NCBI GenBank assembly: GCA_016933055.1
Contig: JAFGBS010000001.1
Coordinates: 270,001 to 302,000 of the forward strand
From: Promethearchaeota archaeon
GTDB taxonomy: Archaea > Asgardarchaeota > Lokiarchaeia > Sigyniarchaeales > Promethearchaeaceae
Length of the DNA: 32,000 nt
Direction: 5' to 3'
Shown: piece by piece, positions 1 to 9,319 of the stretch
How positions within the stretch are numbered: position 1 is the stretch's first letter
Layout of the letters: each line of letters starts with the position of its first letter
Program-made: the position numbers and the translations under genes
Notes under the pieces: generated by a model
Seen by the model: only the letters and a program-made list of their open reading frames with translations
Told to the model about the DNA's origin: nothing
The model's database searches: none

Positions 1-67
1 AATTGGTTCAATTTCAGTAATAATTGGAATACTTCTAAAAAAAAGAGAATTTAAAAAATAAACTCAA

Positions 68-562
68 TTATAACCCAGTTTTCAAGGATTGTCCAAAAGT
101 TTTAGCATTTTGGAGGTCCTCGTCTGAGGGATGCTTTCGAACGTAATCAGGTTTTTTTTTTTCGAATTTTATATCCCCCTTGCAACAATATCTCTCTACC
201 AAAATTTCGATATTGGGATTCTTTCGAAGCTTCGATTCCATTTTTTCCCACATTATATCTTTAATGAATTTTGGAGGTTTTCCCTCTTCTTTTCCAAACG
301 GATATTCTTCTTCTGGACCTCCACTTGTGAAGAATAACGCAACTTTGCCAGAATAGTTCTTCGCTATTTTTTTAAACATGTTTGCCCCCATTAACATTCC
401 TGCAGCCATCCATGAACCTGCTACAACAAGATCATAACGTGAGAAGTCTTTTGGGCAATTTTTTTTATCATAAGCTTCACATCCCAATCCTTCTGCAATT
501 TTTAATCCTACTGCTTTTGTATTTCCACTCTTACTATTATACAACACAATTGCGTTAACCAT
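68..562 (-). CDS. Flavodoxin-like protein
   Basis: N-terminal FMN phosphate-binding loop IVLYNSKSGNTKAV, then YDLVVAGSW and VALFFTSGG; ends HPSDEDLQNAKTFG, typical of flavodoxin_4/5-like proteins. Confidence 0.85.
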   Translation of the reverse strand: MVNAIVLYNSKSGNTKAVGLKIAEGLGCEAYDKKNCPKDFSRYDLVVAGSWMAAGMLMGANMFKKIAKNYSGKVALFFTSGGPEEEYPFGKEEGKPPKFIKDIMWEKMESKLRKNPNIEILVERYCCKGDIKFEKKKPDYVRKHPSDEDLQNAKTFGQSLKTGL

Positions 563-830
563 ACTAAATCACGTGATCATTTTTTAATCGGATCTTTTAT
601 ACCTTACTGAGCTCAGATCTTATCAGATTTGGTTATGCAAAATTAAATTTGAATTTAGTTCCCAATTCAAGAATCATTTAGAAGTTTTATCCAATCTATG
701 TGTTGGTTCTCATTACTGGGCGATCTATATGAAAACATAGCATGAAAGAAATCAAAGAAAAAGAGGAAATCAAAGAGTAATTAGAAGCTTTTTATAAGTA
801 TCCAGAATTTCAGTTTTTTTTTTCAAAAAT

Positions 831-1523
831 CTACTTTTTTCTTAGCAAATAAAGGGAACCCACTGCTTGGATAGGGATCATTACTATCATAATATACACA
901 ATAGCTTTTTGGGCCAGCACTTGGATAACACGTCCATCAAAATAGGATAAGTCTGGACCACCAAACAAGAACCACAAATATCCTCCCATAGCGACCGTAA
1001 ATACAATTAGTAACCACCCATAAACATTGGGATATGATTCCTCGATAAACACCGCAATACAAAGTAAAATACTATAAAAAGCAGATATGGGAAACGCAAA
1101 AAAAACAAAGAAAATATGTGGTGTTAGTAATACGTCCCATGGAGTAAAAGCAATTCCTACGAAACCCAATGCTGATAATACTGCAAATACTGAACCAGCA
1201 ACAGCCAATCTATATTGATGAGTATATTTTTGAAAATATGATGGCAATGTTATCGAATAAAACATAAATGATAACCCCATTAAAGTCAGCGCAAACCCAA
1301 ATAATATGCTCGATGTTAAATTAGGTAATCCTGTTTCCGTAGTGAGCATCCCTAAGTCGCTGAAGAAGTTCATTTCAAACTTATAATAAGTGGTTGGGAA
1401 TACGATGTCTCTAATACTATATCCTCCGGGAAAGAAGAACATCGCAAGTGTGGTTAAGACAACAAAAAAAATAGGGCTAATAAGCACTCCAATAGCAGCG
1501 ATTTTTTTAAAACCATCTTTCAT
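831..1523 (-). CDS. Multi-pass membrane protein, DUF998-like
   Basis: About six hydrophobic segments; NFFSDLG and GIAFTPWD..H motifs. Start moved from the TTG at 1688 to the ATG at 1523 (MKDGFKKIAAIG), which directly precedes the first TM segment. Confidence 0.7.
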   Translation of the reverse strand: MKDGFKKIAAIGVLISPIFFVVLTTLAMFFFPGGYSIRDIVFPTTYYKFEMNFFSDLGMLTTETGLPNLTSSILFGFALTLMGLSFMFYSITLPSYFQKYTHQYRLAVAGSVFAVLSALGFVGIAFTPWDVLLTPHIFFVFFAFPISAFYSILLCIAVFIEESYPNVYGWLLIVFTVAMGGYLWFLFGGPDLSYFDGRVIQVLAQKAIVYIMIVMIPIQAVGSLYLLRKK

Positions 1524-2021
1524 ATTCCAATTATGATAGGTTGATTTTTTAATTATATCTAAGGGTATTTTTAAAATTCTACTCTTTTTTAACAGACTAT
1601 CGAATTCTAAAAATGGAATTAATTTAATAAAATATAATGATGCTAATGAATCAATATTAGATTGTTGCCAATTATATGCTTTATTCAACAGCAGTCAATT
1701 CATGAATTTTTCTAAATTGTCTGGAATTTCGTATTACAGTCTTAGAAACATCATTTAATAGTAATATACCAACACGATTAGAATATCAATATCCTCATTA
1801 GTTTTTTCCATAGTTTCCATGTAATCATAAATTTCTGAAACCTCTAGCTCGGTTTTATTTTTCACTAAATTAGAATACTTGTTGGTGTTATCGTGAAATG
1901 CCGATTTCACGTAAAACGAGAAATATAGGAGTAACATCTAGAAATGACACAGATGTGATGAAAACTATCAATTCTTCGGGTATTTTGGTAAAATAGACAC
2001 TTTATATGAGATAAATAGTAT

Positions 2022-2510
2022 CTAGAAATCAAAATCTGGATGTTCTAAAAATACTTCAGGTTCTTGTTCTTCAATTTGAACTAAAAGTGCATTGAATTGC
2101 TCTTCATCCCCATAAAACTCTAAATGAATAGATTGTTCCTCGGCTTCTGTTTCCATTTTAAAATCTAAAGTTGCTTGTTTTTTCTCCTTAATATCTTTGA
2201 CTTTCTTATTTGTTTTGATGAAAATATATTCGACAACATACCCTGTTGCTTCATCGTCATCGTCACCATCATCATCACCATTCTCCTCATCTTGTTCTTC
2301 TTCCTCAGTCTCGTCTTCTTTAAGTTCTTCATCAGGAAAGAATTGAAGTATTTGAATTCCAAATAAAGATCCCGACTCCTCTCCTACAATAAAATCAATA
2401 TCAAAATCACTCGATTCGAATACCGATGGGATAAATCCCACTTCTTCTCCAAAATGGTTTTTGAACACATCAAAAAATTTTTTCCACCTTGCGCGCTCTT
2501 CTGAAAACAT
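2022..2510 (-). CDS. Highly acidic hypothetical protein
   Basis: 162-aa ORF with ATG start; 51 of 162 residues are D/E by my count, with a central acidic tract. Confidence 0.8.
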   Translation of the reverse strand: MFSEERARWKKFFDVFKNHFGEEVGFIPSVFESSDFDIDFIVGEESGSLFGIQILQFFPDEELKEDETEEEEQDEENGDDDGDDDDEATGYVVEYIFIKTNKKVKDIKEKKQATLDFKMETEAEEQSIHLEFYGDEEQFNALLVQIEEQEPEVFLEHPDFDF

Positions 2511-2662
2511 AAGAGATTCATGGCGTTGAAGCTTATGAAGCTATCTATTCTTGAATAATTAAGGGCTGAATTTTAATCGAAAATCCTTTCATGCAAAAAT
2601 GGACATCAAATAGTTGAATTTTACAAAGATGATTTAAAGGTAAAGAAGATAGAAGAAATTAA

Positions 2663-3520
2663 TTAACGAAAACGATATCCGCAATTGCTACAGATGTTCT
2701 GACCTTCATAAATTGTATTTCGACAAATAGGACAAGATTGCTTGGCTATTTTTACATCTCTCCGCTGAGATACTAGTGGTTTTTCCGTTTTAAGTGAAGG
2801 TTTATTTATTATTCTCAATCCCAAAACAGTGTATCCGATCATATTTAGCAAGATCCATCCAAAACTAGAATAAGTCGCCCAGGCAGCCATATCAAATTGC
2901 ATGAAAGCAGCCGGGTATGAGGTTGGTAATAGTTCCCGCAGAATAAAGATGCCACCTATAAACCCTATAATGCTGGAAATGATCGCAATTAAATTTCCAA
3001 TAACTATAATGATAGGAATCCCTCCAAATTCTATTCTTAGGATTTTTGTAACGTTATTATCAACAGTTTTGTAGTATTTATATAAACCAATCCATGCGAT
3101 GTTTTGAATAAGATAGGCTAGAATCAATAGAACACTGTAGATCATGCCTGCTGTTGCAGTTATTTTAACGAATTCTTCCTCTAAAAATTCAACTGGAAAG
3201 AAACTGTATATTAAGTTTACAATGACGAATAACACAATAGTGAATCCTGATATTAGATAAATCATCGTAAATCTTGAAAATCCGTTATCATTAGTTTCCT
3301 TACCTATTCTATACAAACGTAAACAAATTATGATCAGAAAAATATTTGTAATCAGCACAAAAACAAACCATACAATTTTAGGTTGAAAGAATCCAATTTC
3401 CAATCTGAGATAGAAATATGAATAAGGACAATAATTATTGAGTCCAAAAAAGCTTAGTAAACCATATATAATGAACAAAGCACCTACACTAGTAAGTCTT
3501 TCCTTGAATAATACGACCAT
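2663..3520 (-). CDS. Multi-pass membrane protein with C-terminal zinc ribbon
   Basis: Six to seven hydrophobic segments followed by CPIC-x10-CSNC at the C-terminus. Confidence 0.8.
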   Translation of the reverse strand: MVVLFKERLTSVGALFIIYGLLSFFGLNNYCPYSYFYLRLEIGFFQPKIVWFVFVLITNIFLIIICLRLYRIGKETNDNGFSRFTMIYLISGFTIVLFVIVNLIYSFFPVEFLEEEFVKITATAGMIYSVLLILAYLIQNIAWIGLYKYYKTVDNNVTKILRIEFGGIPIIIVIGNLIAIISSIIGFIGGIFILRELLPTSYPAAFMQFDMAAWATYSSFGWILLNMIGYTVLGLRIINKPSLKTEKPLVSQRRDVKIAKQSCPICRNTIYEGQNICSNCGYRFR

Positions 3521-4107
3521 GATTATTCTTATGTTGAATTGATTTTTAAAGTCTATGGGATTAAAGAGGACTCCAATATTAGGTAATTTCCACCATTTTT
3601 CGAGGAAATAGCCTGATTCCTTGAATTTGAAGTCACTAAGGGATAAAAAAAAATGGAAAACTGTTAAATCAGAAATATTTTTCTGTTAAATCTGTTAACT
3701 CTTATTTCCACAATATTCAGAATTACTATGCGACTTTATGATTTATATAGGGTTTGAAATACATAGTTTTTGATCCTTTTTCTGTGATATCCTCCAATCA
3801 TTCAACGGATTAATATCAATTAACTTGGTAACTTAAAAGTAACAATAGATCTTTAATAATGTCCCCTACATCCGTATATTTCATTTATATATTACCGATT
3901 CTCTCAAATGGTTCCTCAATTTAACCAAAAACACTTTCTAGATGGTTATCAGAATAAGGCGAGTACATAATAAGCAGAGGAGAACATAGTGTTCGAACGG
4001 ATCAGACCGTACATAGAGAATTTATAGTAAAGCAAAAATTTACAGGAATGGTGAGATAGAAAAAAACTCATCATCAGATTTTTAGGGGCACATTCCGTCT
4101 TTGCCTT

Positions 4108-4776
4108 ATGAGAATTTTAGTTGTATCTGACCTCCATTTAGGGAATGGTAGTAAGAGTGATGACTTTGGATACGGGAGGGAAACTTTTGAGAGAGAAGCC
4201 AGATTTTTGGAATTTGTTGAATCCCAGAATCCCGACAGAGTCTATTTAAATGGAGATATATATGAATTATGGCAAGCTCGTTGGAAAAAAATAAAAAAAG
4301 CACATGAAAAATTAGTTAAAGTGTTTGAAAATGACCCGAAATATATATACATCGTTGGAAATCATGATTTTAATTTAACTGGTCTTTATTCCGATGAAAT
4401 TCGGACAAAATCTGGAAAGCGTGTCATAATTGCACATGGTTTCACTGCAGATCCTTGGATGAACAATGTATTCACTAGAACCTTAATTTGGTTTATAGGA
4501 GGATTAGAACGGTTAATTTCTCCAAATATCGATTTATGGCCCCATATGTTACGTCGATCAGGTGAGAAATCCATATTAAAAAAACGACAGACAAAGTATG
4601 CCGAGAAACTCCTTAAAACCTATGATATTTGTATCTTAGGCCATACTCATTACCTCGATATCGATACAAATGACGTAGGCAGGATTTATGCAAACACTGG
4701 AACTTGTCAAACTGGAAAACTACAAGGAATTTTATTGGATACAGAAACTGATGAGATTAGAATAGTAGAAGGGTGA
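4108..4776 (+). CDS. Calcineurin-like metallophosphoesterase (LpxH/UDP-2,3-diacylglucosamine hydrolase-like family)
   Basis: All five metal-binding motifs present: SDLHLG, NGDIYE, GNHD, AHG, GHTH; also YANTG. Confidence 0.88.
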   Translation: MRILVVSDLHLGNGSKSDDFGYGRETFEREARFLEFVESQNPDRVYLNGDIYELWQARWKKIKKAHEKLVKVFENDPKYIYIVGNHDFNLTGLYSDEIRTKSGKRVIIAHGFTADPWMNNVFTRTLIWFIGGLERLISPNIDLWPHMLRRSGEKSILKKRQTKYAEKLLKTYDICILGHTHYLDIDTNDVGRIYANTGTCQTGKLQGILLDTETDEIRIVEG

Positions 4777-5013
4777 TCTATTCATCTTGATTTTTCTTTT
4801 CTGAAAAAAAGGAAATGAGGATTTTAGGCTCTTAACGGGTTGCTATATGGTTCTATTTCGCTCTATTCTGTGTTATGCTTATTCTAAGAACATAATTCCG
4901 ATATAATCCAAGAATCTTCTTAAAGGATAACCGATTCTTGATTCTCTCTGTAAAAGAGTGCCTTAAACCCTAGTTCTTATAGTCGGAAGGATACTTATAG
5001 GATTAAAATTTTT

Positions 5014-6006
5014 CTAAGGAGGATATGCTATAGTGTAAATATGAGCACCACCTTCTTTAAGGGGTCCTTTTATAACTCTTTCCAATAATTTCTTGTCTTT
5101 CTGACTTAATTCATCAACTGGAGGAAGTTTACCTGGGGGAAATTTCTCAAGAATCTCGTTAACAAGTTTTTCCATATAATCAAGCAATGCATTCACACCT
5201 CCCTCAGCTTTTTTGGCATCTCCTTTGGTAGGACTTCCGACATTACCTTCTGGATATGCGGCGAATTCTACGGGACCCATTCCCACTTGTCCATACCATT
5301 TTATAGGCAACATATAAGCATTTCCTGCTTTATCTACATGCCCGTCAGAGAAATATCCTCGGGGTTCCGTGTCATCAGCATTTTCAATTTCAATCATTTC
5401 AGGAAAAAGGGCAAGACTGTAAGATGTTTCGCATTCATCTGCATGAATAAAGGGAGTTTCAAATTGACCAGTGGAAGGAAGACCGTATTTTTCTGCAGTT
5501 TTTTTATCTCGAATATGGGGATAAATTGCATGATACCAATTTAAATTGATGAAGATCCCAGGCACTTGGTATCTTTTCGCAAATTCATGAATAGCAGAAG
5601 GAATCACGTATTCTTGTCCATGCCCATTGAGAAGAATTTGTTTTCGAAATCCCATATTCCACAATCCCGCCATAATCGCACGAACATTTCCCTTAAAATG
5701 ATTTTCTGGTACCAATACGGTTCCTGGAAGCCCCATATGATGAAAGGGATGAGAACCATACCATACAGGTTCTGCTACAGTGCATCCTGTTTTCTCTGCA
5801 ATCATTTCAGCCATTCGAGTTACTAAAAAGGTATCTTCACCAATACAAGCTGCACCTCCATGGTTTTCAGTTGAACCCAACGGTATGATAATGATGTCGT
5901 TTTTCTTAAGCCTATCTTGAATTTGCTTGATAGACATTGTTTGTAGATAAATCCCTGCGGGTTTATCCATTACCGCTCCTTTCGGAGGAAGATTCCATTT
6001 TGTCAT
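5014..6006 (-). CDS. iolN: 3-dehydro-scyllo-inosose hydrolase (creatininase family)
   Basis: Creatininase metal motifs GSTENHG, EDT, NGHG, HADECETS. PAGIYLQTM, EDTFLVTRMAE, GFRKQILLNGHGQE, LNWYHAI, GHVDKAGN and AYPEG match Thermotoga IolN as I recall it; adjacent to iolM. Confidence 0.85.
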   Translation of the reverse strand: MTKWNLPPKGAVMDKPAGIYLQTMSIKQIQDRLKKNDIIIIPLGSTENHGGAACIGEDTFLVTRMAEMIAEKTGCTVAEPVWYGSHPFHHMGLPGTVLVPENHFKGNVRAIMAGLWNMGFRKQILLNGHGQEYVIPSAIHEFAKRYQVPGIFINLNWYHAIYPHIRDKKTAEKYGLPSTGQFETPFIHADECETSYSLALFPEMIEIENADDTEPRGYFSDGHVDKAGNAYMLPIKWYGQVGMGPVEFAAYPEGNVGSPTKGDAKKAEGGVNALLDYMEKLVNEILEKFPPGKLPPVDELSQKDKKLLERVIKGPLKEGGAHIYTIAYPP

Positions 6007-6026
6007 TTTTTTCCACCAATATAATT

Positions 6027-6046
6027 TATCAATATTTAAGTTGATA
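6027..6046. promoter_or_regulatory. Candidate operator TATCAA-N8-TTGATA in the divergent iolN/iolM intergenic region
   Basis: Perfect 6-bp inverted repeat (6027-6032 / 6041-6046) in a 106-bp divergent spacer; AT-rich, so chance is possible. Confidence 0.25.
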
Positions 6047-6112
6047 TGAGATCATTTTATCGACATTAAAATTCGATCTTTAAGATTAAATGAAAATTCG
6101 TAGGTTTTTAAA

Positions 6113-7291
6113 ATGAAAACAGTTCGATTATATGCGAGTTGGGATCCAAAGCCAGCATTCAAGCTGGGAAATAAAGATATTTCTGGAAAATTAACCTACT
6201 TAGGTTCACAAGTTTGGAGAAATCCAGAATTAAGGATTGAGGATGTTCCAATACCCACAATTAAACCAAATGAGGTACTAATCGAAGTAAAACGCTGTGG
6301 AATATGTGGATCGGATGTCCATATGTATCAGATAAATGAAGATGGATATATATGGTATCCCGGATTAACGGCTTTCCCGTGCACTTTGGGTCATGAATTT
6401 GCTGGTGTTGTAGCAAAGGCAGGTAATGAAGCTATCAATAAACGAACAAACAAACGATTTGAGGAGGGGGAACCCGTTACTGTTGAAGAAATGGTTTGGT
6501 GTGGACAATGTAAACCCTGTTGTGATGGCTATCCCAATCATTGTGAAGCCCTCCAAGAAATAGGTTTTTCCATAGATGGTGCATATGCAAAATATATTGC
6601 AGCTCCCGCAAAACTCTGCTGGTCTCTTAAGAAACTCGAGGGAAAATACCAAGACATATTTATGAACGGATCACTAGTGGAACCCACGAGTGTAGCATAT
6701 AACGCAGTTATAGAACGTGGAGGGGGAATTCGTCCAGGAGAGAATGTCGTTATTTTAGGAGCAGGACCAGTTGGAATTGCTGCAACTGCAATCCTAAAAC
6801 GCGCTGGGGCATCTGTGGTACTTGTCTCCGAACCAAATCCGCATCGGGCTGCGATGGCAAAAAAAATGGGAGCAGATTATACAATCAATCCTGCAGAAGA
6901 AAATTTTGTAGATAAAGTGAAGGAATGTACAGATAATGAAGGAGCAGCTCTTTATCTGGAAGCCACTGGATTGCCACATATTGTAACTGATGATATTCAA
7001 AACTGTATCTGGGAAACAAAATCGGTGAATTCTACTGTGGTTATTGTAGCTCGAGCGGATCAGAGAATGCCTTTAATGGGTGAAGTATTCCAGGTACGTA
7101 GAGGAAAAATTGTGGGTGCTCAAGGTCATTCGGGCCATGGAACCTTTCCAAACGTAATTTCCTTGATGGGTTCTGGTATGGATATGAGTCCTATGATCAC
7201 AAAAACCATAAAACTGGAAGAAGTACCCGAAAATCTTAAACTGTTACAAACTGATCGAGAGAACTGCAAGATAAGTGTAAAAATGGATTAA
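6113..7291 (+). CDS. iolM: scyllo-inosose 3-dehydrogenase (Zn-dependent MDR family)
   Basis: CGICGSDVH, GHE, structural Zn CGQCKPC..C and GAGPVG. The N-terminus VRLYASWDPKPAFKLGNKDISGKLTYLGSQVW and the motif GEVFQVRR..IVG.QGHSGHGTFP match Thermotoga IolM as recalled. Confidence 0.9.
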   Translation: MKTVRLYASWDPKPAFKLGNKDISGKLTYLGSQVWRNPELRIEDVPIPTIKPNEVLIEVKRCGICGSDVHMYQINEDGYIWYPGLTAFPCTLGHEFAGVVAKAGNEAINKRTNKRFEEGEPVTVEEMVWCGQCKPCCDGYPNHCEALQEIGFSIDGAYAKYIAAPAKLCWSLKKLEGKYQDIFMNGSLVEPTSVAYNAVIERGGGIRPGENVVILGAGPVGIAATAILKRAGASVVLVSEPNPHRAAMAKKMGADYTINPAEENFVDKVKECTDNEGAALYLEATGLPHIVTDDIQNCIWETKSVNSTVVIVARADQRMPLMGEVFQVRRGKIVGAQGHSGHGTFPNVISLMGSGMDMSPMITKTIKLEEVPENLKLLQTDRENCKISVKMD

Positions 7292-8106
7292 AAAATATTC
7301 GAAATATATTCTGAGGATTGTTTAGCAACACTTTCGAATGATGGTTTCATGATCGCCTCGATACTAAAGAATCCACCATAGCTATTATTAAATAATGTAT
7401 GAATTATTTTTTCATAATCTATTTCCCCTGCTTTCATTGCTCTACGATCAGGTCCTGCAAAATGGACATGATGAATATAAGGTGCATATTTTTCCAGATT
7501 TTGATAGAAGGATTCACTATCTTCTTCTAAATAGACATGAAAGGAATCAATCATTGCGAAGGTGCTAGATAAATTCACTTCTTGCAACAGATCAACCACT
7601 TCAGATAACGTGTGCAAAAAATCAATCTCAAATTGATTAATTGGTTCTATTACCAATTCGATATTGTATTTTTCTGCAATTTCATCCACAAGACTAAGGG
7701 ATTTCTTAAAGAGAGTTATTTCTGATTCTTGATTTTGATTGTAAGATCTTCTTCCCCTAATTAAACCTAAAATTACTTTTGGGTTTCCAATTAACTCACT
7801 GGCTAATTTACAATATAGATCCATGCGTTTGATGGCTTTTTCTCGCATTTTGTCGTCAATAGCACTTAAAGAATATCCATAGCGAAGAAATGTACTTCCC
7901 GTACCGATTGCTGAAATTTTCATATTATAACTTTCTAAATACGCATTGATTTTATCAACAGGAATATCTTCGGGTCTTAATAGTGCCAATTCAACTCCCG
8001 TATAGTCAAGATCCTTTAGAAAGTCAAATTTGGCTTTTATGGTTTCATCAAACTTGTTTAAGAAATTACTGTCAATTCCAATGACGATGCTTAGAGGTGT
8101 TTTCAA
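7288..8106 (-). CDS. iolO: 5-keto-L-gluconate epimerase-like sugar epimerase (xylose-isomerase-like TIM barrel)
   Basis: AIGTG, GLIRGRR, IEPINQFE, DSFH, HVH, SIE metal/catalytic motifs as in IolO/tagatose 3-epimerase; TTG start; 3' end overlaps iolM by 4 bp; genomic context supports the call. Confidence 0.75.
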   Translation of the reverse strand: MKTPLSIVIGIDSNFLNKFDETIKAKFDFLKDLDYTGVELALLRPEDIPVDKINAYLESYNMKISAIGTGSTFLRYGYSLSAIDDKMREKAIKRMDLYCKLASELIGNPKVILGLIRGRRSYNQNQESEITLFKKSLSLVDEIAEKYNIELVIEPINQFEIDFLHTLSEVVDLLQEVNLSSTFAMIDSFHVYLEEDSESFYQNLEKYAPYIHHVHFAGPDRRAMKAGEIDYEKIIHTLFNNSYGGFFSIEAIMKPSFESVAKQSSEYISNIF

Positions 8107-8193
8107 TTCTATCAGTTTATGATTTGATCCAATACAATAAATAACTAAAGGTCAAACATTAAGATAATTTCATACTTCAAATATGATGAAAAT

Positions 8194-9216
8194 ATGTTGC
8201 AGAAAATTGTTGCTGGAATCATAGGAGCGGGGCGTATTGGTAAAATTCATGCTGAAAATATCATGAATCATATCGAAAACGCCTACATTAAAACTATTGC
8301 AGACATAAAGATTGATCATTTAAAAAAATGGGCAGAGAATTTACGAATTTCACATCTCACGACAGATTACAGAGAAATCTTAGAGGATCCAGAAATTCAA
8401 GTGGTAATAATCTGTTCCTCTACTGATACCCATGTAAAATTTATTACTGAAGCTGCGAAAGCTGGAAAGCACATATTTTGTGAGAAACCAATCGATTTTG
8501 AGGTTTCGAGAATAAAAGATGCTTTGAATGCTGTAAAAGATGCAGGAGTTAAATTCATGATAGGATTTAACCGCAGATTTGATCATAATTTTCAACGAAT
8601 GAAAAAAGCTGTGCAGAAGGGGGATCTCGGAGAACCACATATCATTAAAATCTCATCTCGAGATCCAAATCCTCCTCCAATAGAATATCTCAAAGTTTCA
8701 GGAGGATTGTTTTTCGATATGGCAATCCATGATTGGGACATGTGTCGATATCTTTCAAACTCAGAAATCGCAGAAGTGTATGCTCAAGGTGCCGCATTTA
8801 ATGATCCCGAAATAAGTAATATTAACGATATTGATACGGCAGTCACTTTGTTGAAATCCAAATCGGGAATCATGTTTATAATTGATAATTCACGAAAAGC
8901 AGTATATGGATACGATCAACGAGTTGAGATTTTTGGATCTAAAGGAATGATTCTAAATTATAATGATACTATTAACAACGTCGAAATTTATTCAGAGAAC
9001 TCAATTGCAAGAGATAAAATCCCCTATTTCTTTTTGGAAAGGTACAGGGATTCTTATATTGTTGAAATGCGAGAATTATTCGAATGCGTTCAAAACAATT
9101 CAGACCCGAGCGTGAGTGGTGTAGACGGACTTCAAGCTGTGTTGATTGCAAAAGCAGCTTCACTATCCATGAGGGAAAACCGTCCAGTTAAATTAAGTGA
9201 AATAGAAGACAGTTAA
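8194..9216 (+). CDS. iolG: myo-inositol 2-dehydrogenase (Gfo/Idh/MocA family)
   Basis: GIIGAGRIG, CEKP, GFNRRFD, SRDP, GGLFFDMAIHDWD, GYDQRVEIFG, FFLERY. Confidence 0.9.
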   Translation: MLQKIVAGIIGAGRIGKIHAENIMNHIENAYIKTIADIKIDHLKKWAENLRISHLTTDYREILEDPEIQVVIICSSTDTHVKFITEAAKAGKHIFCEKPIDFEVSRIKDALNAVKDAGVKFMIGFNRRFDHNFQRMKKAVQKGDLGEPHIIKISSRDPNPPPIEYLKVSGGLFFDMAIHDWDMCRYLSNSEIAEVYAQGAAFNDPEISNINDIDTAVTLLKSKSGIMFIIDNSRKAVYGYDQRVEIFGSKGMILNYNDTINNVEIYSENSIARDKIPYFFLERYRDSYIVEMRELFECVQNNSDPSVSGVDGLQAVLIAKAASLSMRENRPVKLSEIEDS

Positions 9217-9319
9217 AAATCCATTTAATGATCGATAATTATCCTATATTTTACGAAATTATTTAATCAATATAATTCGATACTTCTTAGCATAGAGGAT
9301 AATCTTAAGGTGATAATAA

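Noticed and set aside
568-616. Perfect 10-bp palindromes ATCACGTGAT (568-577) and CTGAGCTCAG (607-616) upstream of the flavodoxin gene
   Set aside because: Several such palindromes are expected by chance in 32 kb; there is no second copy to support an operator.
1524-1688. TTG-started N-terminal extension of the DUF998-like ORF
   Set aside because: An ATG at 1523 sits just before the first TM helix; the extension is more likely open by chance or a relic of another gene.
1755-1937. 60-aa minus-strand ORF
   Set aside because: No recognisable motif; neighbouring frames give disjoint fragments, so it is at most a degraded relic.
7380-7480. IolO segment HVHFAGPDRR differing from the recalled HFHVADSNR
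   Set aside because: The metal-binding Glu/Asp/His/Glu and the following Arg are retained, so there is no evidence of inactivation.
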